Shown in pieces: positions 37,418 to 47,394 of a DNA stretch of 64,000 bases. The position numbers and the translations under genes were made by a program. Within the stretch, counting starts at the first letter, position 1. Each line of letters opens with the position of its first letter. The stretch is from Gemmatimonadota bacterium (GTDB lineage Bacteria; Gemmatimonadota; Gemmatimonadetes; Gemmatimonadales; GWC2-71-9): positions 1-64,000 of the forward strand of contig JBDHKN010000033.1 of assembly GCA_039586365.1 (NCBI GenBank), in the 5' to 3' direction. The notes below the pieces were generated by a model. It saw nothing but the letters and a program-made list of their open reading frames with translations. It was not told the origin of the DNA and ran no database searches.

Positions 37418-38568
37418 GAATTCCAGGATACACCTCCACGGGTAGCAAGCGGCCCGAAGTTATGTTTGGCTGTCCGGATGCCGATCCGCGCGCGATGCTA
37501 CGTGCCGAGGGGTGTAGGCTGTGGGACGAGTTCGGGACAGAATACATCGACATGATGATGGCGTTGGGTGCCGTCGCCCTGGGATACGGGCATCCTGCCG
37601 TTGTCGCAGCGGCCGTGCAGGCCTTACGTGACGGGGGAGTTGGATCGCTGGCGCCAAGAGTGGAGGCAGAGGTTGCTGAGCGACTGGTCGCAGTGATTCC
37701 AGGTGCAGAGGCTGTACGCTTCCTCAAGACCGGAGCGGAGGCTGCAGCCGCAGCAGTGCGCGTCGCGCGGGTACACACTGGCCACGCCAATGTAATCACC
37801 TGCGGCTACCATGGTTGGTTGGACTGGTGCCAGGACGAGCATGGTGTTCCGTGCAGCGTCAAGCGGCTGCGGCGCACCATACCGTTCAACGACCTGGCGG
37901 CGCTGGGTGTCGCCGTTGCTCGGCACTCGCCGGTTGCGGCAATCGTGATCGAGCCAGTGGTCGACGGTTTACCGAACATCGAGTGGCTGCATGCACTGCG
38001 TGAAACGGCAACTGCGTCAGGTGCCGTCCTCATCTTTGACGAGGTGAAGACGGCCTTTCGCCTGGCTGTCGGCGGTGCAGCCGAGTACTACGGAATCGCG
38101 CCGGACCTGACGGTGGTTGGAAAGGCACTGGGAAATGGGCTCCCGATAGCGGCCGTGTGTGGGCCGACTGAGCTGATGAGCGCAGCGGAGCACACGTGGA
38201 TTTCTTCTACTCTGGCAACCGAGTACGTGAGTCTCGCCGCGGCGCTGGAGGTACTAAAGGTGTTTGAGCAGACGGATGTAATCGGACATCTGCGACACGT
38301 GGGGAGTATGCTGGTCACAGGGCTCGAACGCCTGGCAGCTGGTTTCCCCAGCATGATAGCCGGCGTCTGTGCCGTACCCCAGATGTGTTACCTGAAGTTC
38401 CGGGATGATGAGCTATCGGGCACGGTGGCGCTACAGGCCGTGCGAATGGGGCTGTTGTGGCGGAGGACCGCCTATAATTTCGTGTCGTTGGCTCACACCG
38501 AGGAAGTGGTACGAGATGTCTTGCAAGGTCTCGAGGCTGCGCTGCAGGACGTGGAGGCGACGTGCTGA
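37414..38568 (+). CDS. Class III PLP aminotransferase (glutamate-1-semialdehyde aminomutase-like)
   Basis: LGYGHP, KTGAEA, GYHGW, FDEVKTAFR, GKALGNG. Confidence 0.88.
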   Translation: MRIPGYTSTGSKRPEVMFGCPDADPRAMLRAEGCRLWDEFGTEYIDMMMALGAVALGYGHPAVVAAAVQALRDGGVGSLAPRVEAEVAERLVAVIPGAEAVRFLKTGAEAAAAAVRVARVHTGHANVITCGYHGWLDWCQDEHGVPCSVKRLRRTIPFNDLAALGVAVARHSPVAAIVIEPVVDGLPNIEWLHALRETATASGAVLIFDEVKTAFRLAVGGAAEYYGIAPDLTVVGKALGNGLPIAAVCGPTELMSAAEHTWISSTLATEYVSLAAALEVLKVFEQTDVIGHLRHVGSMLVTGLERLAAGFPSMIAGVCAVPQMCYLKFRDDELSGTVALQAVRMGLLWRRTAYNFVSLAHTEEVVRDVLQGLEAALQDVEATC

Positions 38569-39353
38569 TAGATGTGCATGCCCACTTCTTGACTGAGTCA
38601 TCCGGCCGGTCCGATTGGCGGACTCTCAATTCGGCTCGCTTCGAGGCCGGTGCGAGGATCGGCATCACGGTCCACGTCGCCTCGATTCTGGGGAGCTGGG
38701 GTGCGAGATCACCGGTCTATTTCCCATCACCGGACGACGTGGACCGCGCCAATGATGCTCTGATCGAGCTGATGCGGGCACACCGGGAGATACGTGGCTA
38801 CTGCTTGGTGAATCCCAACTTCATCGAACACGCGATGAGCGAGATAGCGCGTCGAATCGACCAGGGAATGATCGGCATCAAGCTCGCAGCGAGCCGCCGC
38901 GCCGATGATTTCCTGTTGGATCCGATAGCGCGACTGGCCGGGCAGCGAAGAGTACCGATACTGCACCATGTCTGGCATCACCGAAGAAGAGACTGGCCCG
39001 GACAGGAGGCGTCGGACGCCATGGAGCTAGCACTCCTTGCTGAGCGCCATCCCGAAACACGGTTCATTCTAGCACATCTCGGTGGAGGAGGTGATTGGGC
39101 CCATTCCCTACGGGTCGTACGCGAGACCCCCAACATCTGGATCGATCTCTCAGGCAGCGGGATAGACGTGGACATGTTGGAGCGTGCTTTGGACGTGCTC
39201 GGTGCAAGCCGCCTGCTGTGGGGCTCCGACATCACGATGGACACCGCGTGGGGCAAGCTGCGTTACTTGGAGGTGAGTGGAGCTTCTGCCGCCGAGCTCG
39301 ATCTGATCAGGTTCGGCAACGCTCGCCAGATCTTTCCTGAGGGCGCCTTCTAA
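38562..39353 (+). CDS. Metal-dependent amidohydrolase (amidohydrolase_2-like)
   Basis: IDVHAH, ILHH, LAHLGGG, LLWGSD. Confidence 0.88.
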   Translation: MLIDVHAHFLTESSGRSDWRTLNSARFEAGARIGITVHVASILGSWGARSPVYFPSPDDVDRANDALIELMRAHREIRGYCLVNPNFIEHAMSEIARRIDQGMIGIKLAASRRADDFLLDPIARLAGQRRVPILHHVWHHRRRDWPGQEASDAMELALLAERHPETRFILAHLGGGGDWAHSLRVVRETPNIWIDLSGSGIDVDMLERALDVLGASRLLWGSDITMDTAWGKLRYLEVSGASAAELDLIRFGNARQIFPEGAF

Positions 39354-40132
39354 TGAGGGTGACTGATATCGCGGCCTTTGTCGGGGAGTATCCCTATCGG
39401 GAACTCACACACACGTCTGCTGATTGGCTGATCCGGCAGATGGACAGAGTAGGTATAGAGCGGGCGTGGGTGGGTTACCTACCCACTTTGCTGCACCGTG
39501 ACCCGGCAGCGGGTAATGCCAGACTGCACGAGGAGATTGCTGGCTACCCCGGACGACTCGCAGCGGTACCGGTTGTTCATCCCGGCCTGCCCCGCTGGGA
39601 GCAGGATCTGAATGCGGCAATAGAGGCGGGGGCTCCCGCAGTGCGAGTGTATCCCAGCTACCACGCACTCGATCCCAGCGGCCCCGAGATGCGGGTGTTG
39701 GCAGCAGCAACAGCAGCAGCCGGGTTGCCAGTAGTACTCACCGTCAGAATCGAGGATTCTCGGCAGCGCCATCCACTGGACGTGGGCACAGATCTACCGG
39801 CATCGTCCGTCCGCAACCTGGTGCGCAGCGACAGCGAGCTGCGGCTCCTGGTGACCCACGCCGACCGGCCATTTGTAGAAGAAGTCCATTTCGGTCTGAC
39901 TCCACGCGAGAGCGAGCGAGTTCTCTGGGACTTTTCCTGGATATGGGGCCCGCCCGAGAATCATCTTGCATTGCTCCTCACCACAGTCGGCATCGAGCGG
40001 TTCACACTTGGCACAGGGATGCCACTGAGGATCCCGGACTCAGCGATGGCAAAGCTCGATCTGCTGGATATCGCAGATTCGGAACGCGGGAGGCTGCTGG
40101 GTGGCAACCTCGAGACTTGGAGCGCGTCGTAG
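39353..40132 (+). CDS. Degenerate amidohydrolase-fold protein, likely partner of the preceding gene
   Basis: Same fold pattern, but HxH replaced by DIAAF and GSD by GTG; TAATG coupling. Confidence 0.72.
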   Translation: MRVTDIAAFVGEYPYRELTHTSADWLIRQMDRVGIERAWVGYLPTLLHRDPAAGNARLHEEIAGYPGRLAAVPVVHPGLPRWEQDLNAAIEAGAPAVRVYPSYHALDPSGPEMRVLAAATAAAGLPVVLTVRIEDSRQRHPLDVGTDLPASSVRNLVRSDSELRLLVTHADRPFVEEVHFGLTPRESERVLWDFSWIWGPPENHLALLLTTVGIERFTLGTGMPLRIPDSAMAKLDLLDIADSERGRLLGGNLETWSAS

Positions 40133-40214
40133 TGATGTGCGTCAGAATTCCAGTAGATGCCGCAGTGACTCCTCATCACACCGCCGCGAATCGGACACTG
40201 TTTCACTCTGTAAA

Positions 40215-41183
40215 GTGAAAGCACTCGTCAGACAGCTCCGCCATACAGTGATCCCAGCCGTCCCTGTGCCCTTCAATCGCGAGGGAGCGATCGACACTCC
40301 GGCGATGAGTCTATACGCACGCTGGATGGCTGTTCAGAGAATCGGCGCTGTGGCGGTGTGGGCCCACACGGGTCGTGGACTTCGATTGACATCGTCCCAG
40401 CTTGCGCTTGTGCTGTCCGTTTGGAGGGAGGCGTTGGGCAGTACGCCGGTGATTTGTGGGGTCGGTGTGCAGCCAGGAGAGCCGTTACCCGGCAGTCCGG
40501 GTGCGAGGACTGACAGAGTCGTTGATTGCTCGGTTGCCATGGCCGAGTTGGCAAGAGACGGTGGAGCCGCAGCAGTCCTCGTATACCCCCCAACGCCACT
40601 GCGGGACTTACCGGATGCCGATCGCCGCTGCGTCGAGGTTCACCGCGCGATCACCCAGGTCGGCCTGCCGGTCATCGCCTTCTACCTCTATGAAGCCGCC
40701 GGTGGCGTCTCTTACCAACTGGACACCGTTGAGACCTTGCTGGGTCTGGACGGTGTAGTGGGGGTCAAAATCGCCACCCTCGACAGTGTGATGACCTTCC
40801 AGGACGTTGCAGCGGCTGTGTTGCAGCGGACTGATAGACTGCTGTTCACCGGTGAAGACAGGTTTCTCGGATACACCCTCATGTGCGGAGCGCATGCTGC
40901 CCTGATCGGGATGGCAGCGGCCTGCACGGACCGCTGTGTGGAACTGGTAGATGCCTGGTTTCGCCAAGACCTACCCCGATTCGTAGAATGTTCCAAAGCG
41001 TTGGACCAGTTTGCCGCAGCTACTTTCCTGGCCCCGCTCGAGGGATACGTACAGCGGATGCTGTGGGCGCTCGAAGTGGACGGAGTGATTCCCCTAGGCG
41101 CAACGGATCCGTTTGCACCGCGCTTAACTGCAGCTGAGCGGCACCGAGTGGAGCAGGCGGTACGGGCCCTACGGTCTCAATGA
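40215..41183 (+). CDS. DHDPS/N-acetylneuraminate lyase-family Schiff-base enzyme
   Basis: PAVPVPF, AHTGRG in place of GxTGE, FYLY, GVKIAT (Lys), TGED; start placed at GTG 40215. Confidence 0.82.
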   Translation: MKALVRQLRHTVIPAVPVPFNREGAIDTPAMSLYARWMAVQRIGAVAVWAHTGRGLRLTSSQLALVLSVWREALGSTPVICGVGVQPGEPLPGSPGARTDRVVDCSVAMAELARDGGAAAVLVYPPTPLRDLPDADRRCVEVHRAITQVGLPVIAFYLYEAAGGVSYQLDTVETLLGLDGVVGVKIATLDSVMTFQDVAAAVLQRTDRLLFTGEDRFLGYTLMCGAHAALIGMAAACTDRCVELVDAWFRQDLPRFVECSKALDQFAAATFLAPLEGYVQRMLWALEVDGVIPLGATDPFAPRLTAAERHRVEQAVRALRSQ

Positions 41184-42397
41184 TCCGCCTTCCCGTCGAG
41201 CCGCGGGTCTCATGGGAATGGCGGAGCCGGCTCATCCGTCTGCTGGATCTCACGCGCAATGATCCACCCACAGATCTTGCAGCTGCGGTGCGTGAAGAAC
41301 TCGGCGTCGATCTGAGCGCTCGCTATGCCGGCGTGAGATTGCCCCATCCTTTCGGTAAGGCGTCGGGGCAACTGTCGCTCAATCTCAGCCAGGTGAGAGC
41401 TGATGTTGCCGCCGGTGTCGCGTTCGTCGTCCTGAAGACGGTGATAGCCGAAGACGCGGAGGAGGGGCGTTCGATGGGTGAGTGGGCAGTAGATGAAAGC
41501 AGAATGACGGTTGAACGGAAGACCTCGCGGAGCGGCCGAATCGGCTGGACGGTTACGTGGCAAGGCCGGGGCTGGGCCGGGTCACTCGACGACTATCTGC
41601 AGTTCTTCGCACAGGCGCAGGTCCTAGCCAAAGACAGGAATGTCCCCGTGATTCCGTCGGTGAAGTATCACTTGCCGGTCGGAGGAGAATCGTTTCGGAC
41701 CTCGGAGTACGAGCATACGACTCGGAGCCTGCTGCGAGCATGGCAGCAACCACACTGTGGCGCCGAGATGATTCTGGAAAAGGATCTGAGTCCCACGCTG
41801 GCCGGTGATGGCCGGTCAGGGAATCGTGATCGAGTGCTCGCCTGGCTCGCGACCATTCCTCGGCTGATTCAGGATGCTGCGTTGGGGCGAGTTCGTTTGG
41901 GAGTCAAACTCATGAACGCGCTGTTCGACGACCAGTTCCAAGTAGAGATGATGCGCGTACTGAGCGAGTGTGCTGACTCGAAGCCCGCATTCCTCGTGAC
42001 TTTCAACCGGCTGTTCGATCCGGAGCGGGGTGTTGCATACGGTGGCTGGGACCTGAGCGATCGGAACCTCCGCGTACTCGATCTAGCCAGACAGCAGCTC
42101 GAAGCGCTTCCCGGTCTGTCTGCCACTGGTAACATCTGCAGTGGGCGTGTCATGTTAGAGTACGCGCTACGTGGCTGCGAGAACGGGCAGTTGCATACGT
42201 TCTTTCAACTCCCATTTTCCGAGTACACGGCCACCGCTGGAAGTCGAAGTGCCCGAGCGTTGCACACCCTGATTCTCCACCCAACCCGTGGATTGGCTGT
42301 CTGGCTGCGTCACTTGTGTGAATGCGGTGCGCTGGAGGAGCGTGATGGTGCGGTGCGTTTCATCGATTTGACCGAGCAATGTCGGAGAGCCGCGTGA
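41180..42397 (+). CDS. Dihydroorotate/dihydropyrimidine dehydrogenase-like FMN TIM-barrel protein of unknown function
   Basis: LPHPFGKASG, VVLKT, GVKL, TFN, YGG, SATGNI motifs in DHODH order. Confidence 0.62.
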   Translation: MIRLPVEPRVSWEWRSRLIRLLDLTRNDPPTDLAAAVREELGVDLSARYAGVRLPHPFGKASGQLSLNLSQVRADVAAGVAFVVLKTVIAEDAEEGRSMGEWAVDESRMTVERKTSRSGRIGWTVTWQGRGWAGSLDDYLQFFAQAQVLAKDRNVPVIPSVKYHLPVGGESFRTSEYEHTTRSLLRAWQQPHCGAEMILEKDLSPTLAGDGRSGNRDRVLAWLATIPRLIQDAALGRVRLGVKLMNALFDDQFQVEMMRVLSECADSKPAFLVTFNRLFDPERGVAYGGWDLSDRNLRVLDLARQQLEALPGLSATGNICSGRVMLEYALRGCENGQLHTFFQLPFSEYTATAGSRSARALHTLILHPTRGLAVWLRHLCECGALEERDGAVRFIDLTEQCRRAA

Positions 42398-43554
42398 GGG
42401 ATGTTGTGGTAAGGCGGGCCTGTCTCTACGACGTGGCGATTCCGCTCAAGGAACCATTCCGCATTAGCGGCGGTGCCATCAGTGTCCGCCGTTCGCTCAT
42501 TGTCGAACTCGAGGACGATCTCGGACACTTCGGCTACGGTGAGTCAGCTCCTTTCGAAAAGCCGTTCTACTCGGAGGAAACGCTCGACTCTGCCCGCTGG
42601 ATGCTCGAGAATCATTTCATCCCGCTGTTGGTCGCTCGACCAGTCGCCCATCCAGGCGAACTGCTCCAGCTGTTGACCGACGGCACAGTCGGCAACCGCA
42701 TGGCCTTGGCTGGGGTGGAGAGCGCTTGGTGGGATTTGTGTGCGGAGCGTGACGGTGAGCCGTTGAGTGCGTTGGTCACTGCAAGACTCAGGGAGCTGGG
42801 AGTGACCGAAGCTTGGCTGCAGCGGTCGGATCGAATCGAGTGTGGTATTGCTCTCGGGATCCCGGAGGATGGCAGACCCGAGACGATCGAGTCTAAAGTC
42901 GGGGATGCTATCCATCAGGGGTATCGCCGTGTAAAACTCAAGGTCAAGCCCGGTTGGGACGTCGAGCCGGTTATGGCGGCCCGGCGGGTGTTGGAACGAT
43001 TGGCTCCTGGTCTCCCGCTGACGGTGGACGCAAACGGGGCTTACGACCTGGAGAATCACTGGGATAGTCTGGTCCGACTCGATCGGCAACGGCTGACGTA
43101 CATTGAGCAACCGCTACCAGGTGATGCTCTTTGGGACCTTCGCAAGCTAGGGACATCAATGGCGACACCGATCTGTCTCGATGAATCACTAACCTGTGAT
43201 GCTGTAGCTCGTCAGGTTGTCGAAATGGGTGGGCCGCTCGTATGGAACATCAAGGTCCAACGGGTCGGAGGTCTCGAGGAGGCTTGCCGTATCTACACCA
43301 GAGCAGCGTCCTCAGGGGCCAGGGTGTGGGGTGGAACGATGCCCGAGACCGGTATAGGGGTGCAGGCCATGCTTGCGTTGGGCTGCCACGCGGGATTCTG
43401 CTATCCCTCCGACCTCGAACCCAGTGATAGGTGGTACGCAGCCGGGTCGGATACCATAGAGGTGATGATGGAGCCTGATGGTACGATGGAGGTACCGTTG
43501 CGGCGCCCTCCCGTAAGGCGCAATGGATGGAGACAACTGGCCGAAATTTCGTGA
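42379..43554 (+). CDS. Enolase-superfamily OSBS/N-acylamino acid racemase-like enzyme
   Basis: PFYSEET, KLK, DAN, EQP, DES, NIKVQRVGG; no men genes nearby. Confidence 0.85.
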   Translation: MSESRVRDVVVRRACLYDVAIPLKEPFRISGGAISVRRSLIVELEDDLGHFGYGESAPFEKPFYSEETLDSARWMLENHFIPLLVARPVAHPGELLQLLTDGTVGNRMALAGVESAWWDLCAERDGEPLSALVTARLRELGVTEAWLQRSDRIECGIALGIPEDGRPETIESKVGDAIHQGYRRVKLKVKPGWDVEPVMAARRVLERLAPGLPLTVDANGAYDLENHWDSLVRLDRQRLTYIEQPLPGDALWDLRKLGTSMATPICLDESLTCDAVARQVVEMGGPLVWNIKVQRVGGLEEACRIYTRAASSGARVWGGTMPETGIGVQAMLALGCHAGFCYPSDLEPSDRWYAAGSDTIEVMMEPDGTMEVPLRRPPVRRNGWRQLAEIS

Positions 43555-43769
43555 ATTTGGTTGCGGTTTGGACGCCATGCTGGTATGAGAATGAGGCGGT
43601 TGTGCTGCCAGTGTCGGCGAGTATCTTAACTGGCGGCCGCATGTGTAGTCGTGAACCAGGTTTTCTCGGGCGGCCATCTCAATCATGAAGTGAACGATTC
43701 CGCCCTCCCCGGCGGGTGACAGGGTAACCTGCCACTCCGGAGTCGCTGCGTGTTTCATGAAAGGGTGAT

Positions 43770-44378
43770 ATGACAAGACGGGTGTTGCTGTCCGCGGGGA
43801 CTCTGACTGCCGCGGGGGCTCTCGTCTTTGTTCTCGGTGTGCCCCGAGGAGCTGCGCAGGGAAGGCCGCAACAAGCTGGGTTAGCTGATACTGTGTTTGA
43901 AGCTCCTGAAATCTCCGACACGGCAGCTCTCGAAGGCCCTCGCCAACCGATATTCTTCCGCCACGATGTGCACGCCGGACAGTATGAGATCGACTGCCAG
44001 TACTGTCACGTGAATATCGAGATAAGTCCCAAGCCTGGTATTCCGACTCTCACATCGTGCATGAACTGCCACTTGATCGTGGGCAGTGGCATTGCGGAGG
44101 TCGATTCGGTCAGGGCCTACTTCAACGAAGGACGAGCAGTTGAATGGGTTGAGGTACACGTGCTCGCTCAATTCGTGCATTTCCCGCACCACTTGCACGT
44201 CAATGCGGAGCAGGATTTCGAAGTCGTCTGCGAGGACTGCCACGGGCAGGTGAATCGGATGCCACAGATCTACCAGTTCGCACCGTTGAAGATGGGTTGG
44301 TGCTTGGACTGTCACAAACAGAAGGCCGCGGAAACGGGTAAGCCGGTTTCGACCGATTGTTCGGTGTGCCACTACTAG
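43770..44378 (+). CDS. actA: Alternative Complex III pentaheme cytochrome c subunit
   Basis: Five CxxCH motifs (CQYCH, CMNCH, CEDCH, CLDCH, CSVCH), QPIFFRHDVHAG, MGWC. Confidence 0.92.
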   Translation: MTRRVLLSAGTLTAAGALVFVLGVPRGAAQGRPQQAGLADTVFEAPEISDTAALEGPRQPIFFRHDVHAGQYEIDCQYCHVNIEISPKPGIPTLTSCMNCHLIVGSGIAEVDSVRAYFNEGRAVEWVEVHVLAQFVHFPHHLHVNAEQDFEVVCEDCHGQVNRMPQIYQFAPLKMGWCLDCHKQKAAETGKPVSTDCSVCHY

Positions 44379-44390
44379 AATGGAGCGACT

Positions 44391-47300
44391 TTGTCTGACG
44401 GGATGAATCGGAGGCGGTTTCTCAAGGTACTCGGTGTGACTGGCGGGGGTGCAACCGCCCTCACGGGGTGCTCTACTGATAGGGTCGAGAAGCTCATTCC
44501 CTACTTGGTTCCTCCCGAGAACGAGATCCCTGGCCTGGCTACCTACTACGCCTCTACTTGCCGCGAGTGTCCGGCGGGATGCGGGCTCCATGTCCGAGTT
44601 CGCGAAGGCAGGGCGGTAAAGGTCGAGGGCAATCCGAGCAATCCCATCAATCAAGGCAGGCTCTGCGCGCGTGGCCAGGCCTCGCTACAAGGACTCTACA
44701 ATCCCGATCGCGTTCGGGGCCCTATGGCCCGCGTGGCAGGTGGTGGTTTCGAGCCGATCTCGTGGGAAGCTGCACTGACACGGATCGCCGAGCAGCTTGC
44801 CACGTTGCCCAGCGATGAGGTGTGGTTTGTCACCGGACAAGAGGCTGGTTCTTTTGATGCGCTGGTCTCGGAGTGGTTGGATGCGATCGGCAGCAGCCAT
44901 CGAGTCGTGCACGAGCCGTTCGCGTACGAGGCTTTGCGACAGGCCAACCGGACAGTCTTCGAGCTCGATTCCATTCCACAGTATGACTTTGCTGCGGCGC
45001 GCTACCTGGTGTCGTTTGGGGCTGACTTCTTGGAGACGTGGCTGAGCCCCGTGGAGCAGAGTCTGCTATCAAGGTGGTGAGATGGGCCGCTACGTGCATA
45101 TCGAGCCCCGGATGAGCATGACGGCGATGAGTGCCGACGAGTGGATCGCCCCGGTTCCTGGCACCGAGGGCTTGCTGGCTCTGGCCATGGCACACGTGAT
45201 CGTGCGAGATCAGCTCGCCGACGTGCCGACCGATGCTTCGCGAGTCGGCTCTGTTTGGGCAGAGCATACGCCCGCTGCCGTGTCCGCCCAAACGGGCGTG
45301 GCGGCCGACGTCATAGAGCGTTTGGCCCGCGAGTTCACCCAGCATGCGAGCTTGGCTGTTGCCGGAGGTGTCGGCACCCAGCATGCTGGTGCCGACTCCA
45401 CCGCAGCTGCCGTGAACTTGCTGAACTACGTCGCCGGGAACGTTGGTCGCACGGTGGCGTTCCATGCCGCTCAGAGTTCAGCTACCCAGGGAGGCTACTC
45501 AGGCACCGTAGACTTAGTGGAGGCCATGAGATCGGGTCGGGTTGGCGCATTGTTCATCCACGGCGCCAATCCAGTCCACACGTCACCCGCGGGACTGGGG
45601 CTCACGACAGCACTGGCGAATGTGGTGTTGAAGGTGAGTTTTGCCAGGTTCTTCGACGAGACGGCAGTGGAGGCTGATCTCGTGCTGCCGGATCACGATC
45701 CGCTCGAGCAGTGGAATGATTTCGAGGCGCGCCCCGGGGTGCACACGTTGCAGCAGCCGGCCATGCGTCCCGTGTTCGACACGCGGCAGACGGGAGACGT
45801 GCTGCTATCGCTGGCTCGGCAGCTGGACGAGCGAGTGACCGGGACGTTAGCTGCCAACGACTACAAAGAGTATGTGGCGGGTAGGTGGCAGGCGCTGCAG
45901 CGTCGAATCCGTGACCAACGTCCCTTTGAGGCGTTCTGGAACGAGGCGCTGCAACGGGGTGGGATTTGGGTCGCTGAACCGACTCGACAGGTGCGGTTGG
46001 CTGCGAGCGCTGGCAGTGTGAGGGCTGACGCCTGGTCGGCCCCTGCGGGTGATCAGCTCACCCTAATAGCCTATCCGTCGCCCGCGCTCTTTGACGGGCG
46101 CGGCGCCAACAGGCCGTGGCTGCAAGAGCTGCCCGACCCGGTGACCAAGGTCGCTTGGAGCAGCTGGATCGAGATCAATCCCGCGACCGCAAGCCGGCTC
46201 GGAATTGCTGAGGGTGAGTTCATTGAGGTCACATCCGAGCACGGATCCGTCACTGTGCCGGCCTACCCCTATCCAGGTATCCGCGAGGATACCGTGGCGA
46301 TTCCAATTGGACAGGGGCATGCTGCGTTTGGTCGTTACGCTGAGAACCGCGGCGTAAATGTGTACGGTCTGTTGCCTGCTAGCGCCACAGGATTCGGTGC
46401 GGTTGAGCACTATGTTGCGGTGACGCTACGGAACACGAAGGACTACGAGCGGATAGCCAAAACGGAAGGCAACAGCCGGCAGATGGGTCGTGGCATCGCT
46501 CAGGCAACGACACTGCAGGCACTCGCCCATCCGGAGGAGCATCAGGAGGAACACGGTGATCACGCTGCACCGGTCCCGGACCACATCGAGGAGATAATCG
46601 ACGAGTGGCAGGAGGACCAATACCGCGAGTGGATGCAGCGCGGTAATTATGCGCGTGAAGACCTACCGCGTTGGGCGATGGCCGTTGATCTATCCAAGTG
46701 CACAGGGTGCAGCGCCTGTGTAACGGCGTGCTACGCCGAGAACAACATCCCGACCGTGGGGCCGGATCTGATCCGTCGCGGCCGAGAGATGTCGTGGATA
46801 CGCATAGAGCGATACTTCGAGGATGGTGCACACGGCGAGATCGAGTCGCGCTTCCTCCCGATGATCTGTCAGCACTGCACTAATGCGCCTTGTGAACCGG
46901 TCTGCCCGGTGTTTGCTGCATATCACACGCCGGACGGGCTCAACGCACAGGTCTACAACCGTTGTGTGGGCACCAGATATTGCTCTAACAACTGCCCTTA
47001 CAAAGTGCGCTACTTCAACTGGTTCGATCATCAAAACGAGGCTGATGCGGCGTATGCGTGGCCCGATCCGTTGCACTGGCTGCTGAACCCGGATGTGACT
47101 GTCAGGGTCAAGGGTGTGATGGAGAAGTGCACCTTCTGTGTGCAGCGCATTCGAGACAAACAGCATCAATCGAAGCTGAGTGGTGATCCGCTGGTGGACG
47201 GCGATGTGGTGACTGCATGTCAGCAGACGTGCCCCGCCGATGCAATCGTGTTCGGCGACATCAATGACCCCGCTTCGAGGATCAGTCAGCTTGCCGGAGA

Positions 47301-47394
47301 CAATCGGGGGTACCACGTGCTCGAGGGTCTCAACACTAGGCCAGCAGTAACGTATCTGAAGAAGGTGCGGAACGTAGCGGAGGGAGAGGCCTAG
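44391..47394 (+). CDS. actB: Alternative Complex III subunit B (molybdopterin-oxidoreductase-like plus Fe-S domain), split by a frameshift near 45060-45066
   Basis: Tat RRRFLK, KLIPYL, KVEGNP, WLQELPDP, CTGCSACVTAC, CQHCTNAPCEPVCP, CVGTRYCSNNCPY, MEKCTFC; the two ORFs are in different frames. Confidence 0.88.

Noticed and set aside
37414..38568. hemL
   Set aside because: Shorter than typical HemL, divergent N-terminus and no tetrapyrrole context.
42379..43554. menC of menaquinone biosynthesis
   Set aside because: No men genes nearby and the OSBS/NAAAR family is promiscuous, so no symbol was given.
45078..45080. TGA as selenocysteine in actB
   Set aside because: The downstream coding sequence is in a different frame, so readthrough would not restore the protein.
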